Assembly (NCBI GenBank): GCA_039029255.1
Contig: JBCCGN010000006.1
Coordinates: 28,320 to 92,319 of the forward strand
Direction: 5' to 3'
Source: Pseudomonadota bacterium
Lineage (GTDB): Bacteria; Pseudomonadota; Alphaproteobacteria; Rhizobiales; Rhizobiaceae
Length of the DNA stretch: 64,000 bases
A model generated the notes under the pieces. That model saw only the letters and a list, made by a program, of their open reading frames with translations, searched no databases and had not been told where the DNA came from. The translations under genes were made by a program, and so were the position numbers. This document shows positions 28,932-38,216 of the stretch, in pieces. The stretch's first letter is position 1. Each line of letters opens with the position of its first letter.

Positions 28932-29717
28932 TCAGGCGGCGGTCTGCAGAACTTCCAGTGCAGCGGCATGAATTGAAGGATTGGCGCTTGCCAAAATCCG
29001 GCCTCCTCTCGGGTGGGAATTACCTGACCAATCGGTGACCCTGCCTCCGCTTCCCTCAACAATGGGTATCAGGGCAGCTATATCGTAAAAGTTCAGTCCT
29101 GACTCGACGACAAGATCGATGTGACCGGCAGCCAGCAGGCAATAGGCATAGCAGTCTGCACCGTACCGAACCAATTTGCATTGTCCCGCAATTTTTTCAA
29201 ATGCGACGGTTTCATCAGGGTCAAACATTTCCGGTGTTGTTGCCATCAATATCGCGCTTTCGAGCGAATCCGTATCCGAAGTCGCAAGTTTCTTTTCCTC
29301 GCTCTGATGGAATAACTTCGCGTGTTTGCCTGTCGCGATATAGCGTTCGCCCGTAAAAGGTTGAGACATGATCCCGGCGACAGGAACCATGTTCCTGCAC
29401 AGTGCAATCAAGGTTCCCCACACTGGTATTCCCGAGATGAATGCCCTTGTTCCATCAACCGGATCAATAACCCAACTATGTTCCGCGTCAAGCTTATAAG
29501 AGCCAAATTCCTCGCCGATCAGCCCATGGTCGGGAAACTTCTGTGTAATGGTTTCCCTGATGACGCGTTCAGCCTCGCGATCAGCCTGGGTCACAGGATC
29601 AAATCCAACTTCCAGTTTGTTATCGACATGCTTTAGTTGTCTGAACCTGGGCAGAGTTTCCTCCGCTGCCCGGTCCGCAAGATGGTTTAAAAATGGAACA
29701 AGCTCTTCGTCATTCAT
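28932..29717 (-). CDS. hisN: inositol monophosphatase family protein, histidinol-phosphatase (HisN)-like
   Basis: DPVTQADREAE...WVIDPVDGTRAF motifs and ~260 aa length. Confidence 0.65.
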   Translation of the reverse strand: MNDEELVPFLNHLADRAAEETLPRFRQLKHVDNKLEVGFDPVTQADREAERVIRETITQKFPDHGLIGEEFGSYKLDAEHSWVIDPVDGTRAFISGIPVWGTLIALCRNMVPVAGIMSQPFTGERYIATGKHAKLFHQSEEKKLATSDTDSLESAILMATTPEMFDPDETVAFEKIAGQCKLVRYGADCYAYCLLAAGHIDLVVESGLNFYDIAALIPIVEGSGGRVTDWSGNSHPRGGRILASANPSIHAAALEVLQTAA

Positions 29718-29730
29718 ATAACGGATCGCC

Positions 29731-30621
29731 TTATTCAGCAGCCAGCGGATGTGATCCCTGCAACCCTGACATGTCCATTACCGCAAACTCCTCGAAAAAT
29801 CGGTCAAAATTTTCTACCAGTTCTTCAAAGTGTCTGGATTGCCTGATCCTGATTTCGTCCATGTAAAGGGCGCGGTTTATTTCTATCTGCAAGGCGTGCA
29901 GACCTTTCAGGGGCCTGCCATAGTGTTCGGTTATAAATCCTCCGGCATAGGGCCTGTTGATTTCCACCTGATATCCCATGCTTTTGAAGACAGATTTTGC
30001 ATGGTGCAGAATTCTCGGATCGCAGCTGCTGCCAAACCTGTCACCAAGGACTATGTCGCCCCGCCTGTCCCCGTTGGGCGCCGCATTGCTTGAAGGCATT
30101 GAATGTATGTCCAGCAGGACAGCCAACCCGAATTTCACGTGCGTCCGGGCCAAAAGGTTTTGAAGCGCGCTATGATAAGGCCGGTAAACGTTCGAAATCC
30201 TGTTAAATGCCTCGTTTGTCGGAAGCTTGTATGAATAAATTTCCTCGCCTTCCGAAACGATGCGTGGAACGGTACCCAATCCGCTAGAAACACGGATCGA
30301 TCGCGTGTTGACATGATCCGGTAAACGCTCGCTAAACATGGATGGATCAAGTTCGTATGGTTCCCGATTTACATCAAGGTAAGCTCGTGGATAGACCGCG
30401 CTCAGCAGCGGTATTCCATGGTCTACGGAATTTTTTGCAATTTCATCGACCATGAAGTCTTCAGATTTTCGAATCGAGAGATGGTTGAGTCTTGAATTGC
30501 TCAGGAAATTCTCCGGATAAAACCTTCCGCTATGTGGTGAATTTGCCACAATCGGAGCCGACTGTTCCAGCGGACAGGAAAGGTGAAACGGACTGTGGTT
30601 CTCTGGTTTTTGCATCGTCAA
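29731..30621 (-). CDS. N-formylglutamate amidohydrolase family protein
   Basis: NSPHSGR...YLDVNREP...LDIHSMPS motifs. Confidence 0.85.
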   Translation of the reverse strand: MTMQKPENHSPFHLSCPLEQSAPIVANSPHSGRFYPENFLSNSRLNHLSIRKSEDFMVDEIAKNSVDHGIPLLSAVYPRAYLDVNREPYELDPSMFSERLPDHVNTRSIRVSSGLGTVPRIVSEGEEIYSYKLPTNEAFNRISNVYRPYHSALQNLLARTHVKFGLAVLLDIHSMPSSNAAPNGDRRGDIVLGDRFGSSCDPRILHHAKSVFKSMGYQVEINRPYAGGFITEHYGRPLKGLHALQIEINRALYMDEIRIRQSRHFEELVENFDRFFEEFAVMDMSGLQGSHPLAAE

Positions 30622-30685
30622 TCCATTAAATCGTATATAACTTTTGGTCCAACCTGAAATCCTGATTCTGGGCAGGATGCAGTTA

Positions 30686-30700
30686 TTAAATTGTCTTTAA
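30686..30700. promoter_or_regulatory. CtrA-box-like site TTAA-N7-TTAA
   Basis: TTAAATTGTCTTTAA in the divergent intergenic region, about 130 nt upstream of the cpdR ATG. Confidence 0.45.
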
Positions 30701-30828
30701 ACCCGAGATTATGGTGATTGTATCTCCGTGTCATCAACCTGCTATTCTTTTACCGTATCTTTATCGCCTGTTTACCAAAATAGGCTCATATACGTATCAC
30801 TGATTCGTGAGGGACCCCAGTTCTTACA

Positions 30829-31191
30829 ATGACAAAAATTCTGCTTGCCGAAGATGATAACGATATGCGCCGTTTTCTCGAAAAGGCACTTGACCAGGCC
30901 GGTTATCAGGTTGTTGCTTATGACAATGGAGCCAGTGCTTATGACCGTTTGCGCGAGGAGCCTTTTACGCTTTTGCTCACCGATATTGTGATGCCTGAAA
31001 TGGATGGTATCGAGCTCGCGCGCCGGGCGACGGAAATCGATCCGGATATGAAGGTCATGTTTATAACCGGCTTCGCGGCTGTGGCTCTAAATCCGGACTC
31101 CAATGCGCCCAAGGATGCCAAAGTCCTGTCCAAGCCTTTTCACCTTCGTGACCTGGTCTCTGAAGTCGAAAAAATGCTCGCTGCGGCATGA
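30829..31191 (+). CDS. cpdR: single-domain response regulator CpdR
   Basis: ILLAEDDNDMRRFL...LLLTDIVMPEMDGIELARRA...MFITGFAAVAL...VLSKPFHLRDLV. Confidence 0.85.
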   Translation: MTKILLAEDDNDMRRFLEKALDQAGYQVVAYDNGASAYDRLREEPFTLLLTDIVMPEMDGIELARRATEIDPDMKVMFITGFAAVALNPDSNAPKDAKVLSKPFHLRDLVSEVEKMLAAA

Positions 31192-31313
31192 AAACACGCA
31201 CGTAAACTTTAAGAGCCTTGCCTCATTTCGGGGATTTCCATTTGCCGTATTGACGACCCGCTGGCTTTATGGTGTATGCAGCGAACCACCTTCTCAGGTC
31301 CTTGACCTTTTAA

Positions 31314-31388
31314 GGGCGATTAGCTCAGCGGGAGAGCACTACATTGACATTGTAGGGGTCACTGGTTCAATCCCAGTATCGCCCACCA
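31314..31388 (+). tRNA. tRNA-Val (anticodon GAC), CCA encoded
   Basis: Hand-folded cloverleaf. Acceptor GGGCGAT/ATCGCCC, anticodon stem CTACA/TGTAG with loop TTGACAT, T-arm ACTGG-TTCAATC-CCAGT, discriminator A plus CCA. Confidence 0.93.
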
Positions 31389-31418
31389 TTTACTGACTGC
31401 CAGACTTAAAAGCGTAAC

Positions 31419-32135
31419 TTATGTCCGCTTCTTTTTCCTGCGCTTCTTGGTGTAGGAAAGTGTGCGCTGGATGACTTCCGCGTGGAACTTTGCATCCTTC
31501 TCAACAGTTGTGTGTTTCAATCCGCGAACGCCACGTACGTTGATATTTTTCATCACTCCTTTAAAGCCCGGAGCTTTCTTCACAACATTGTCGTGTTCTT
31601 CGTTGGGAATGTAGAAATTGATTACCCGATTAACATTTTTTCCGACGGCAGTCGGGACTGTCGGATCAAACGTCACCACGTAATCGACCCGAACACCCCT
31701 GTCACCCAGATACTTTGCCATCGTTGTCGAAGCATTTGCCCCAAGAGAATGCCCCATGATCACAACCGGATACGAAACCTGCTTCTTCTTTGCGCGCAAC
31801 AGGATGTTGTCGGCGAGTTCACGCCATGCGGCATGATTGTATACGCGCGCATCAAGACCTTTCCGGACCATCTTGACGCCAAGCGTGTCCATACCTCTTG
31901 AAAACACATTCGCAAGCCCGCGGAGAAGATAAACCTCGCCTGTTCTTGTGACATCGCCTTTGATGTTGACGTTAATTTCACTGGGTCGCTGCTGAAGTGA
32001 CGCTGTTACAACCGGTTTCTGAGCTTCTACCTTGGGAGCCTCTTTGCCGGAAGACGAACAGCCGGCGATACCGACCAACAAACACAGCGCTGCCAATTTC
32101 AACGGCTGGCGAACAAATGGTTTAAACATGTACAA
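31419..32135 (-). CDS. lipoprotein with a serine-hydrolase (GHSLG) motif and a polybasic C-terminus
   Basis: Lipobox LVGIAGC, VVIMGHSLGAN nucleophile elbow, and tail KKRRKKKRT. Confidence 0.6.
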   Translation of the reverse strand: MYMFKPFVRQPLKLAALCLLVGIAGCSSSGKEAPKVEAQKPVVTASLQQRPSEINVNIKGDVTRTGEVYLLRGLANVFSRGMDTLGVKMVRKGLDARVYNHAAWRELADNILLRAKKKQVSYPVVIMGHSLGANASTTMAKYLGDRGVRVDYVVTFDPTVPTAVGKNVNRVINFYIPNEEHDNVVKKAPGFKGVMKNINVRGVRGLKHTTVEKDAKFHAEVIQRTLSYTKKRRKKKRT

Positions 32136-32320
32136 TTTTATGTTCCCGGTTATCTGAATTCAGCTTTCACCCCAACTTCTTCTTTTATGCTTAAACCGTG
32201 GTTAATTTTCAATGGCAAAAAAGCAGTCAGAATGGAGAGAGAGACCAAAAATAGAATTTCTGTCTGAATGTTGCATGAATGCAGCAGTTTGAATTACGAA
32301 TTGGCCCTGTTGTTTCCCGG

Positions 32321-32349
32321 GAAAAGGACTGATCAATCTTTGGTCAGAC
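32321..32349 (-). terminator. probable rho-independent terminator of the hydrolase-methyltransferase operon
   Basis: The minus strand reads GTCTGACCAA-aga-TTGATCAGTC (10 bp, 1 mismatch) followed by CTTTTC, about 100 nt after the ICMT-family stop. Confidence 0.45.
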
Positions 32350-32452
32350 GGAACCTTTTCATTCCGATCCCAGAGATATTTTGCGAAAATCCAATAATTT
32401 CATGGGCTTGTGGTGCGAAGGCAGTTGATAGCCGGTAACACAGGTGCGGAAA

Positions 32453-33046
32453 CTAGTAAATTCCCGGGATGATTCGTTTCGTACGTTCCATGTATTGATC
32501 GTATTCCTCGCCAAATTCCCCGCGCATCATCGCTTCTTCCTGACCCACTCTGAGAAAATACAGGATGCCAAATCCGACAATCCCGGAAAATCCGGCGATA
32601 AAGTTGGGTAGAAGTAATGCGGCACCGATTGCCCACATCCAGAATGCTGAATACATGGGATGGCGGACCTTTTCATAAATTCCTGTCGTAACCAGCTTAT
32701 GTCCCGCACGAAGGTCGAGGCTGTGTGACCACATTTTACCCAGCGCCTTGTGGGTCAGACGGAACAAACGCAAGCATACAACCAGTATTACGGTTCCTGC
32801 GACAAGCAGTAAAATGTTTGGCGTGTAATCAAAGCCATCCAGGAAATCGGTGAATATCCAAACAGCCGGGATGTAGCCAAGCCCAAGCGAGGATACCACC
32901 ATTGAAAACCGCTCGGCACCGCTTCGCGATGTTTCGGTTTTCTCCGTCTTCCGGGATTTGCGGTTTGGTTGCCAGCGGATGACTGCCCATAATACTACGA
33001 ACAGACACCAGATTATTTTGGACGCGAGTTCCAGGTCGAAGTTCAT
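32453..33046 (-). CDS. isoprenylcysteine carboxyl methyltransferase (ICMT/PEMT) family membrane protein
   Basis: Polytopic, with C-terminal signature HKLVTTGIYEKVRHPMYSAFWMW...VGQEEAMMRGEFGEEYDQY. Confidence 0.85.
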   Translation of the reverse strand: MNFDLELASKIIWCLFVVLWAVIRWQPNRKSRKTEKTETSRSGAERFSMVVSSLGLGYIPAVWIFTDFLDGFDYTPNILLLVAGTVILVVCLRLFRLTHKALGKMWSHSLDLRAGHKLVTTGIYEKVRHPMYSAFWMWAIGAALLLPNFIAGFSGIVGFGILYFLRVGQEEAMMRGEFGEEYDQYMERTKRIIPGIY

Positions 33047-34233
33047 TTGGCGGTTTCCCCGTCATTTACAAGTGGGCTGTCAAAAGCAATCTGAGTATTC
33101 CTTGCCAGATCATCGGCAAAAAATGGACCGAATATTCTAAGCTGGAAATCATGGTGGACACGCCTGTCGCAATACAGGATGTACTGTCTATGCGCCAGAT
33201 ACATTGATTTCAGCATTTTCTTGTGCCGCTTTTCCGAAAGTGCGTGTTTGAAATTTACCCGGTGGACAATGACATCGCATGCGGGTTCTTCGATTTTCAT
33301 CGGTTTGAACGGATCGGATTTGTAAAATGAAATGAAATCGGTCTTCGTCTGAATCTCATGCCAAAGCATATATTCTTGCGCGAGTACCTGATTGACTGAT
33401 GCCTTGAAGAACTTTGCTCTTCGGACAAGGCCGATTTTCAACAGGCTGGAGCCGAGTGCAAAAAATGTTACACGTCTGCCTGCAAACAGTTTTGGCTTTT
33501 TTTCAAGGGCGATTGCCAAGGCGACCACCGCCCAAACCGATCCAAAACTATGCCCCACAATGATGATTTCATCCGGCTTTGAACGGGATATCTCTTTCAC
33601 AATATGATCAGCAAACTGCACAAACCGGTCGTTGATGTCCTTGTTGGCGCCGCTGCACATGTCTCTCGCAAACGCCCAATCGTTCACTGACAAATTTACA
33701 TAAAACATGTCGCCGGGAAATTTGCACAAGACGATAAACAGCAAGAAGGACGGAATCGCGATCAATACCCAGTGAATGTTGAAACCTGCAAGCAACCAGT
33801 ACATCAGACCAAAAGATATCCCGAAGAACAGGATCATCAAAAGGATAGGATAGATTGTAAAGCCCCAATAGCGGCGACTTGCCTTGGCGTACCGTCGAAG
33901 CGAACCATCCAAAACAAAGGAGAAGTATTTAGGCAAGTGAAGCAACAGGCTTTGAGGGTAGGGCGTTTCTTCGTACTTTCCGATGATATCGGACCAGGAA
34001 AAATGCACGTATCTGGTTTTGGCAGTCCAAGCGTTACCTGCGGATTCGAAACTTGTCGTGGTTTTATGAGACTGGGCGTTTTCATCGATTTTACCCGGCT
34101 TGAGATCGAAATCCCACAGCTCAGCTGTTTTCACGCCTCCAGCAGTGAGCCGTTCAATCTGATGCACTGCTGTAGTAGTTTCGAAGCCGGGAAAATTAAG
34201 AACCAGACGATTAATATGGGGCATGGGAATCAC
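33043..34233 (-). CDS. membrane-inserted alpha/beta-hydrolase-like protein of unknown function
   Basis: IIIVGHSFGSV nucleophile elbow and two central TM helices (residues ~125-175). The stop overlaps the ICMT-family start by 4 nt. The start is GTG 34233 or ATG 34224. Confidence 0.6.
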   Translation of the reverse strand: MIPMPHINRLVLNFPGFETTTAVHQIERLTAGGVKTAELWDFDLKPGKIDENAQSHKTTTSFESAGNAWTAKTRYVHFSWSDIIGKYEETPYPQSLLLHLPKYFSFVLDGSLRRYAKASRRYWGFTIYPILLMILFFGISFGLMYWLLAGFNIHWVLIAIPSFLLFIVLCKFPGDMFYVNLSVNDWAFARDMCSGANKDINDRFVQFADHIVKEISRSKPDEIIIVGHSFGSVWAVVALAIALEKKPKLFAGRRVTFFALGSSLLKIGLVRRAKFFKASVNQVLAQEYMLWHEIQTKTDFISFYKSDPFKPMKIEEPACDVIVHRVNFKHALSEKRHKKMLKSMYLAHRQYILYCDRRVHHDFQLRIFGPFFADDLARNTQIAFDSPLVNDGETAK

Positions 34234-34304
34234 GCTTGCCTTTGTTGCTCACCCCTTAACATGCCCAATGTGAATTGTCAGAATTTTACGCTGTTATCCG
34301 TTGA

Positions 34305-34850
34305 TTAGACAGAGCGGGCGGCATCGACGAGATATTTCCATACATAGTCTGAAAATGATCGCCAGCATTCGATGCGGAATTCTTCTTCCCCGGTGCGCCA
34401 GAGGATGATCTCCGCCTTTGCCAAAACCGTTCTGGAACAGCATCCAACAGGAAAAGCGTCCAATGACAAATCTCTTGGAGACCCGCTGTTGAGCGCCGTC
34501 ACGGCATTGGAACCTGAAACAAGGATGCCTGTATTACGATGATCTATTGATACCACTGAATACAGACCGGAATCCGATGTGTTCAACTTTTCCTCTAACC
34601 CGGTGCCCGCTGGTGCAGTAATAAACCACTCATCAGGACCGATCCACAATGCAGCTACTTCTCCACTTGTAGCAGACGTCCTGGGTTGTTCTGGCAGAGA
34701 AAGCCCTATCTTCTCGCCGAGACCAGCCATGGCGTCTTGGTCTGCGCGCAGGGATATCCGCTCGCATTCTTCAAGCGGATTGAGGAATACGCCGTTGCCC
34801 CCGAACACGCGCTTGGCAAGCGGATGTATGCGTTGTGCTGCTTCAACCAT
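34305..34850 (-). CDS. soxG: sarcosine oxidase subunit gamma
   Basis: Size and position after soxA, overlapping the soxA stop by 8 nt. Confidence 0.8.
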   Translation of the reverse strand: MVEAAQRIHPLAKRVFGGNGVFLNPLEECERISLRADQDAMAGLGEKIGLSLPEQPRTSATSGEVAALWIGPDEWFITAPAGTGLEEKLNTSDSGLYSVVSIDHRNTGILVSGSNAVTALNSGSPRDLSLDAFPVGCCSRTVLAKAEIILWRTGEEEFRIECWRSFSDYVWKYLVDAARSV

Positions 34851-37839
34851 TTACCTTGGCTCCATCTGGATCATAGAAAACAGGAGAACAAATCTCCGCC
34901 TTGATTATTTCGTCAGGCATCGGAATGTGGATGGTCTCACCCATGCGGTTATGTCCATTTTCGATAATAGCCATGGCAATTGAATGACCAAGGCATTCGG
35001 ACCAGTATGAAGAAGTAACAAAACCGATCATTGGCATTGGAATCGGATGGTTCGGATCATCGACGATCTGCGCACCTTCCTCAAGTACCACTTTTGGATC
35101 AATGGTCTTCAACCCGACAAGCTGGCGTCTGCCTTCGGCAACCAAGTCAGGTCGTTTCAATCCTTTTATGCCGACGAAATCGGTTTTCTTCTTGCCGATT
35201 GCCCAGCCTACATTCGCATCATGTGGCGTAACGGTCCCGTCGGTATCCTGACCGACAATGATATAGCCTTTCTCGGCCCTCATAACGTGCATCGCCTCGG
35301 TGCCATAAGGCGTAAGCCCCATTGGTTCACCTTGCGCGTAAATAGCTTCCCATACCTGCTGGCCGTAATCCGCCGGTACATTGATTTCGTATCCGGTTTC
35401 ACCGGTGAACGACATGCGCATCAGTCGTGTCGTCACGCCACAAATCTTGCCGTGGGCCACGCTCATGTGCGGTTGGTTGTCGGTTGAAAGGTCAATCCCT
35501 TCTACCAAAGGCTCGATAATCTCACGCGCTTTTGGTCCCTGAACAGCAATCACCGCCCACTGTTCCGAGGTGGATGTAAGCCATACTTTCCATTCCGGGA
35601 ATTCGGTCTGCAGGTAGTCTTCCATCATGTTCAGTACACGAGGGGCGCCGCCGGTTGTCGTTGTGACGTGGAACCGGTCTTCTGCCAGGCGGGCAACCAC
35701 GCCATCGTCGTAGATGAACCCGTCTTCACGGCACATAATACCGTAACGCAAGCGGCCGACACCGAGTTTGTCCCAAGGGTTGGTATACATCATGTTCATG
35801 AATTTGACTGCATCAGGACCGACGACTTCAATCTTTCCGAGCGTGGATGCATCGAATATGCCGGCAGATTCCCGTGTTGCCTTGCATTCACGGTTTACGG
35901 CCGCATGCATGTCTTCTCCGGGTTTCGGGTAGTACCAGGCCCGTTTCCAGTTGCCGACATCTTCGAAAACCGCGCCTTTATCTTCATGCCAGGAATGCAT
36001 TGGCGTGCGGCGGGTAACATCAAACAACTCGCCTTTATTATGTTCAACCAGCGCTCCGAAAGTCACAGGTGTGTAAGGTGAGCGGAACGTTGTGAGGCCC
36101 ACTTCCGGGATCGGCTTGTCGAGCATTTCCGCTGCGATGGCCAGGCCATGCATGTTGGACATCTTGCCCTGGTCAGATGCCATACCATTGGTTGTGTAGC
36201 GTTTGACATGTTCAATGGACTGGAAGCCTTCCCGTACTGCCAGTCGAATGTCCTTGGCGGTCACGTCATTCTGAAAGTCAACAAAGGCCTTGGTGAAATC
36301 ATCCGGGCCGGCTCCCTTTGTGGAACCAATCTTGTAACCCTGCATCGATGATGCATTGCTTATCTCCGGCACCGCTCCCTTATCGCCACCAACTGCGGAT
36401 GCCGCTGCATCTGCTGCTTCGGCGATCGCTTCTTTCATGTCAAAGGTGCCGTTGCAACATCCGACACTTACACAGTCTTCTGTATAAACGTCAGGGAGGA
36501 AGCTTCCGGTTGCATCGTCGAATTTGACCCGGCCCCGTGACTGGGAGAACAAGTGGATTGACGGGGTCCAACCTCCTGACATCAACAGACAGTCAACTGC
36601 GATGGTTTCCTTCGACACACCGTTAACCGGTTCGACCTCGATCGATTTTACTCGAAGGCGTCCCTTTGTACCGACGACACAATGGCCCTTGAGAACGCGA
36701 ATTCCAAGTTTTCCAGCTTCTGCAATGAGCTTTTCATCGATGTCATCGCGCAGATCAACAATCGCTGGTACGTTTACGCCCGCTTCTGTCAAGTCAAATG
36801 CAACCTGCCAAGCGGAATCACTGCTTGTATAAACGGCAACGTTTGAACCCACACCGACACCAAACTGATTGAGATATGTGCCCGCAGCAGACGCCATCAT
36901 TATGCCCGGCCGATCATTGTCGGGAAACACGATGTGTCTTTCAATTGCTCCGGTTGCAAGAATGACTTTTCCGGCACGGACCTGCCACATGCGTTCTCTG
37001 GGCAATTCCGGATCCGGGTTGTTCATGTGCTCAGTCACACGTTCAACAAGCGTCACCATATTATGATTGTAATAACCGAATGCAGTGGTCCGCGGCAGAA
37101 CAGTTACGTTGTCCATGGCATGCAGTTCAGAAACAACGACCTCGGCCCATTCCGGGCCAGACTTGCCATCAATTGAGACCCGGCTGTCCGATAACAGGCT
37201 CCCGCCCATTTCTGCATTCTCATCCACGAGGACAACACGTTTGCCGGACTGTGCTGCTGTTTTTGCTGCCATCAACCCGGCAGCACCTGCCCCGATAACG
37301 AGAACCTCACAATGAGCGAAGCGGTTTGCGTAATGATCCGGATCCGCTTCTGTGGGTGAATCCCCCAAGCCTGCTGCACGACGAATAACCGGCTCATAAA
37401 GTTTAAGCCAAGCCTGGGTCGGCCACATAAAGGTCTTGTAGTAAAAACCGGCTGGAAAGAATCGACCCATAAAATCGTTCACGGCACCAACATCGAATTC
37501 CAGTGTCGGAAAACGGTTTTGGCTTGAAGCCTTCATTCCATCGAACACTTCCTGACATGTGGCGCGGACGTTTGGCTGTCTGCGTGCACTGTCGCGGGAA
37601 ATGTCTATTAAAGCGTTAGGTTCTTCAGGACCAGCACCCAGTATTCCGCGCGGCCGATGATACTTGAAAGAGCGGCCGGTCAGATGGATTCCGTTCGCCA
37701 GGAGAGCAGAAGCAAGGGTGTCGCCCTCAAGTGCGTTGTAGGATTTGCCGTCAAAGGTGAAAGTGACGGTTTTTGCCGGAGAAAGACGCCCTTTCCCAGC
37801 AATCCGGTTGTTACCGGTGTTTACGGAAGCGCCGGTCAT
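34843..37839 (-). CDS. soxA: sarcosine oxidase subunit alpha
   Basis: 998 aa with an NAD/FAD Rossmann motif (VLVIGAGAAGLMAA) and a C-terminal GcvT-like folate-binding domain. Confidence 0.93.
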   Translation of the reverse strand: MTGASVNTGNNRIAGKGRLSPAKTVTFTFDGKSYNALEGDTLASALLANGIHLTGRSFKYHRPRGILGAGPEEPNALIDISRDSARRQPNVRATCQEVFDGMKASSQNRFPTLEFDVGAVNDFMGRFFPAGFYYKTFMWPTQAWLKLYEPVIRRAAGLGDSPTEADPDHYANRFAHCEVLVIGAGAAGLMAAKTAAQSGKRVVLVDENAEMGGSLLSDSRVSIDGKSGPEWAEVVVSELHAMDNVTVLPRTTAFGYYNHNMVTLVERVTEHMNNPDPELPRERMWQVRAGKVILATGAIERHIVFPDNDRPGIMMASAAGTYLNQFGVGVGSNVAVYTSSDSAWQVAFDLTEAGVNVPAIVDLRDDIDEKLIAEAGKLGIRVLKGHCVVGTKGRLRVKSIEVEPVNGVSKETIAVDCLLMSGGWTPSIHLFSQSRGRVKFDDATGSFLPDVYTEDCVSVGCCNGTFDMKEAIAEAADAAASAVGGDKGAVPEISNASSMQGYKIGSTKGAGPDDFTKAFVDFQNDVTAKDIRLAVREGFQSIEHVKRYTTNGMASDQGKMSNMHGLAIAAEMLDKPIPEVGLTTFRSPYTPVTFGALVEHNKGELFDVTRRTPMHSWHEDKGAVFEDVGNWKRAWYYPKPGEDMHAAVNRECKATRESAGIFDASTLGKIEVVGPDAVKFMNMMYTNPWDKLGVGRLRYGIMCREDGFIYDDGVVARLAEDRFHVTTTTGGAPRVLNMMEDYLQTEFPEWKVWLTSTSEQWAVIAVQGPKAREIIEPLVEGIDLSTDNQPHMSVAHGKICGVTTRLMRMSFTGETGYEINVPADYGQQVWEAIYAQGEPMGLTPYGTEAMHVMRAEKGYIIVGQDTDGTVTPHDANVGWAIGKKKTDFVGIKGLKRPDLVAEGRRQLVGLKTIDPKVVLEEGAQIVDDPNHPIPMPMIGFVTSSYWSECLGHSIAMAIIENGHNRMGETIHIPMPDEIIKAEICSPVFYDPDGAKVNG

Positions 37840-38204
37840 TGTGCCTTCTCCTTATCAACCGTCCACACAGCTTCATTGGCTGGTGTTGATTTTGCCGGGG
37901 GCAATGCGGCAGCTATTTGCTCATCGGTAAGTTCTGGACGCGGTTCGCCGGCTTTGTAAGTCATTATGATCTTGTCAGAAACGGAATGACGCACAACATT
38001 GAAAAAGCGGCCACACCCGTGAATATGCCGCCATCGCTCAAACACAATGCCTTTCTGGTTTTCCCGTATAAAGAAGAACTTCTCAAACTCTTCGTCAGAA
38101 AGTTCTGCCATGTTGGCAGGGCGTTCGATATGTGCTTCACCCTCGCAGTGAAACTCGATTTCCGGCAGGTATTCTTCACAATAGGGGCAGTAAATGAGTA
38201 GCAT
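37836..38204 (-). CDS. soxD: sarcosine oxidase subunit delta
   Basis: MLLIYCPYCEE...CGRFFN zinc-ribbon-like SoxD signature. It carries a C-terminal extension of about 25 aa. Confidence 0.85.
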   Translation of the reverse strand: MLLIYCPYCEEYLPEIEFHCEGEAHIERPANMAELSDEEFEKFFFIRENQKGIVFERWRHIHGCGRFFNVVRHSVSDKIIMTYKAGEPRPELTDEQIAAALPPAKSTPANEAVWTVDKEKAQ

Positions 38205-38216
38205 TATCTGTTCCCC

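Noticed and set aside
31389-34304. Possible genomic island integrated at tRNA-Val.
   Set aside because: There is no integrase, transposase or phage gene. I found no direct repeat of the tRNA 3' end; the best match is only ATCCCAG at about 32366. The apparent AT enrichment is modest and was judged by eye only.
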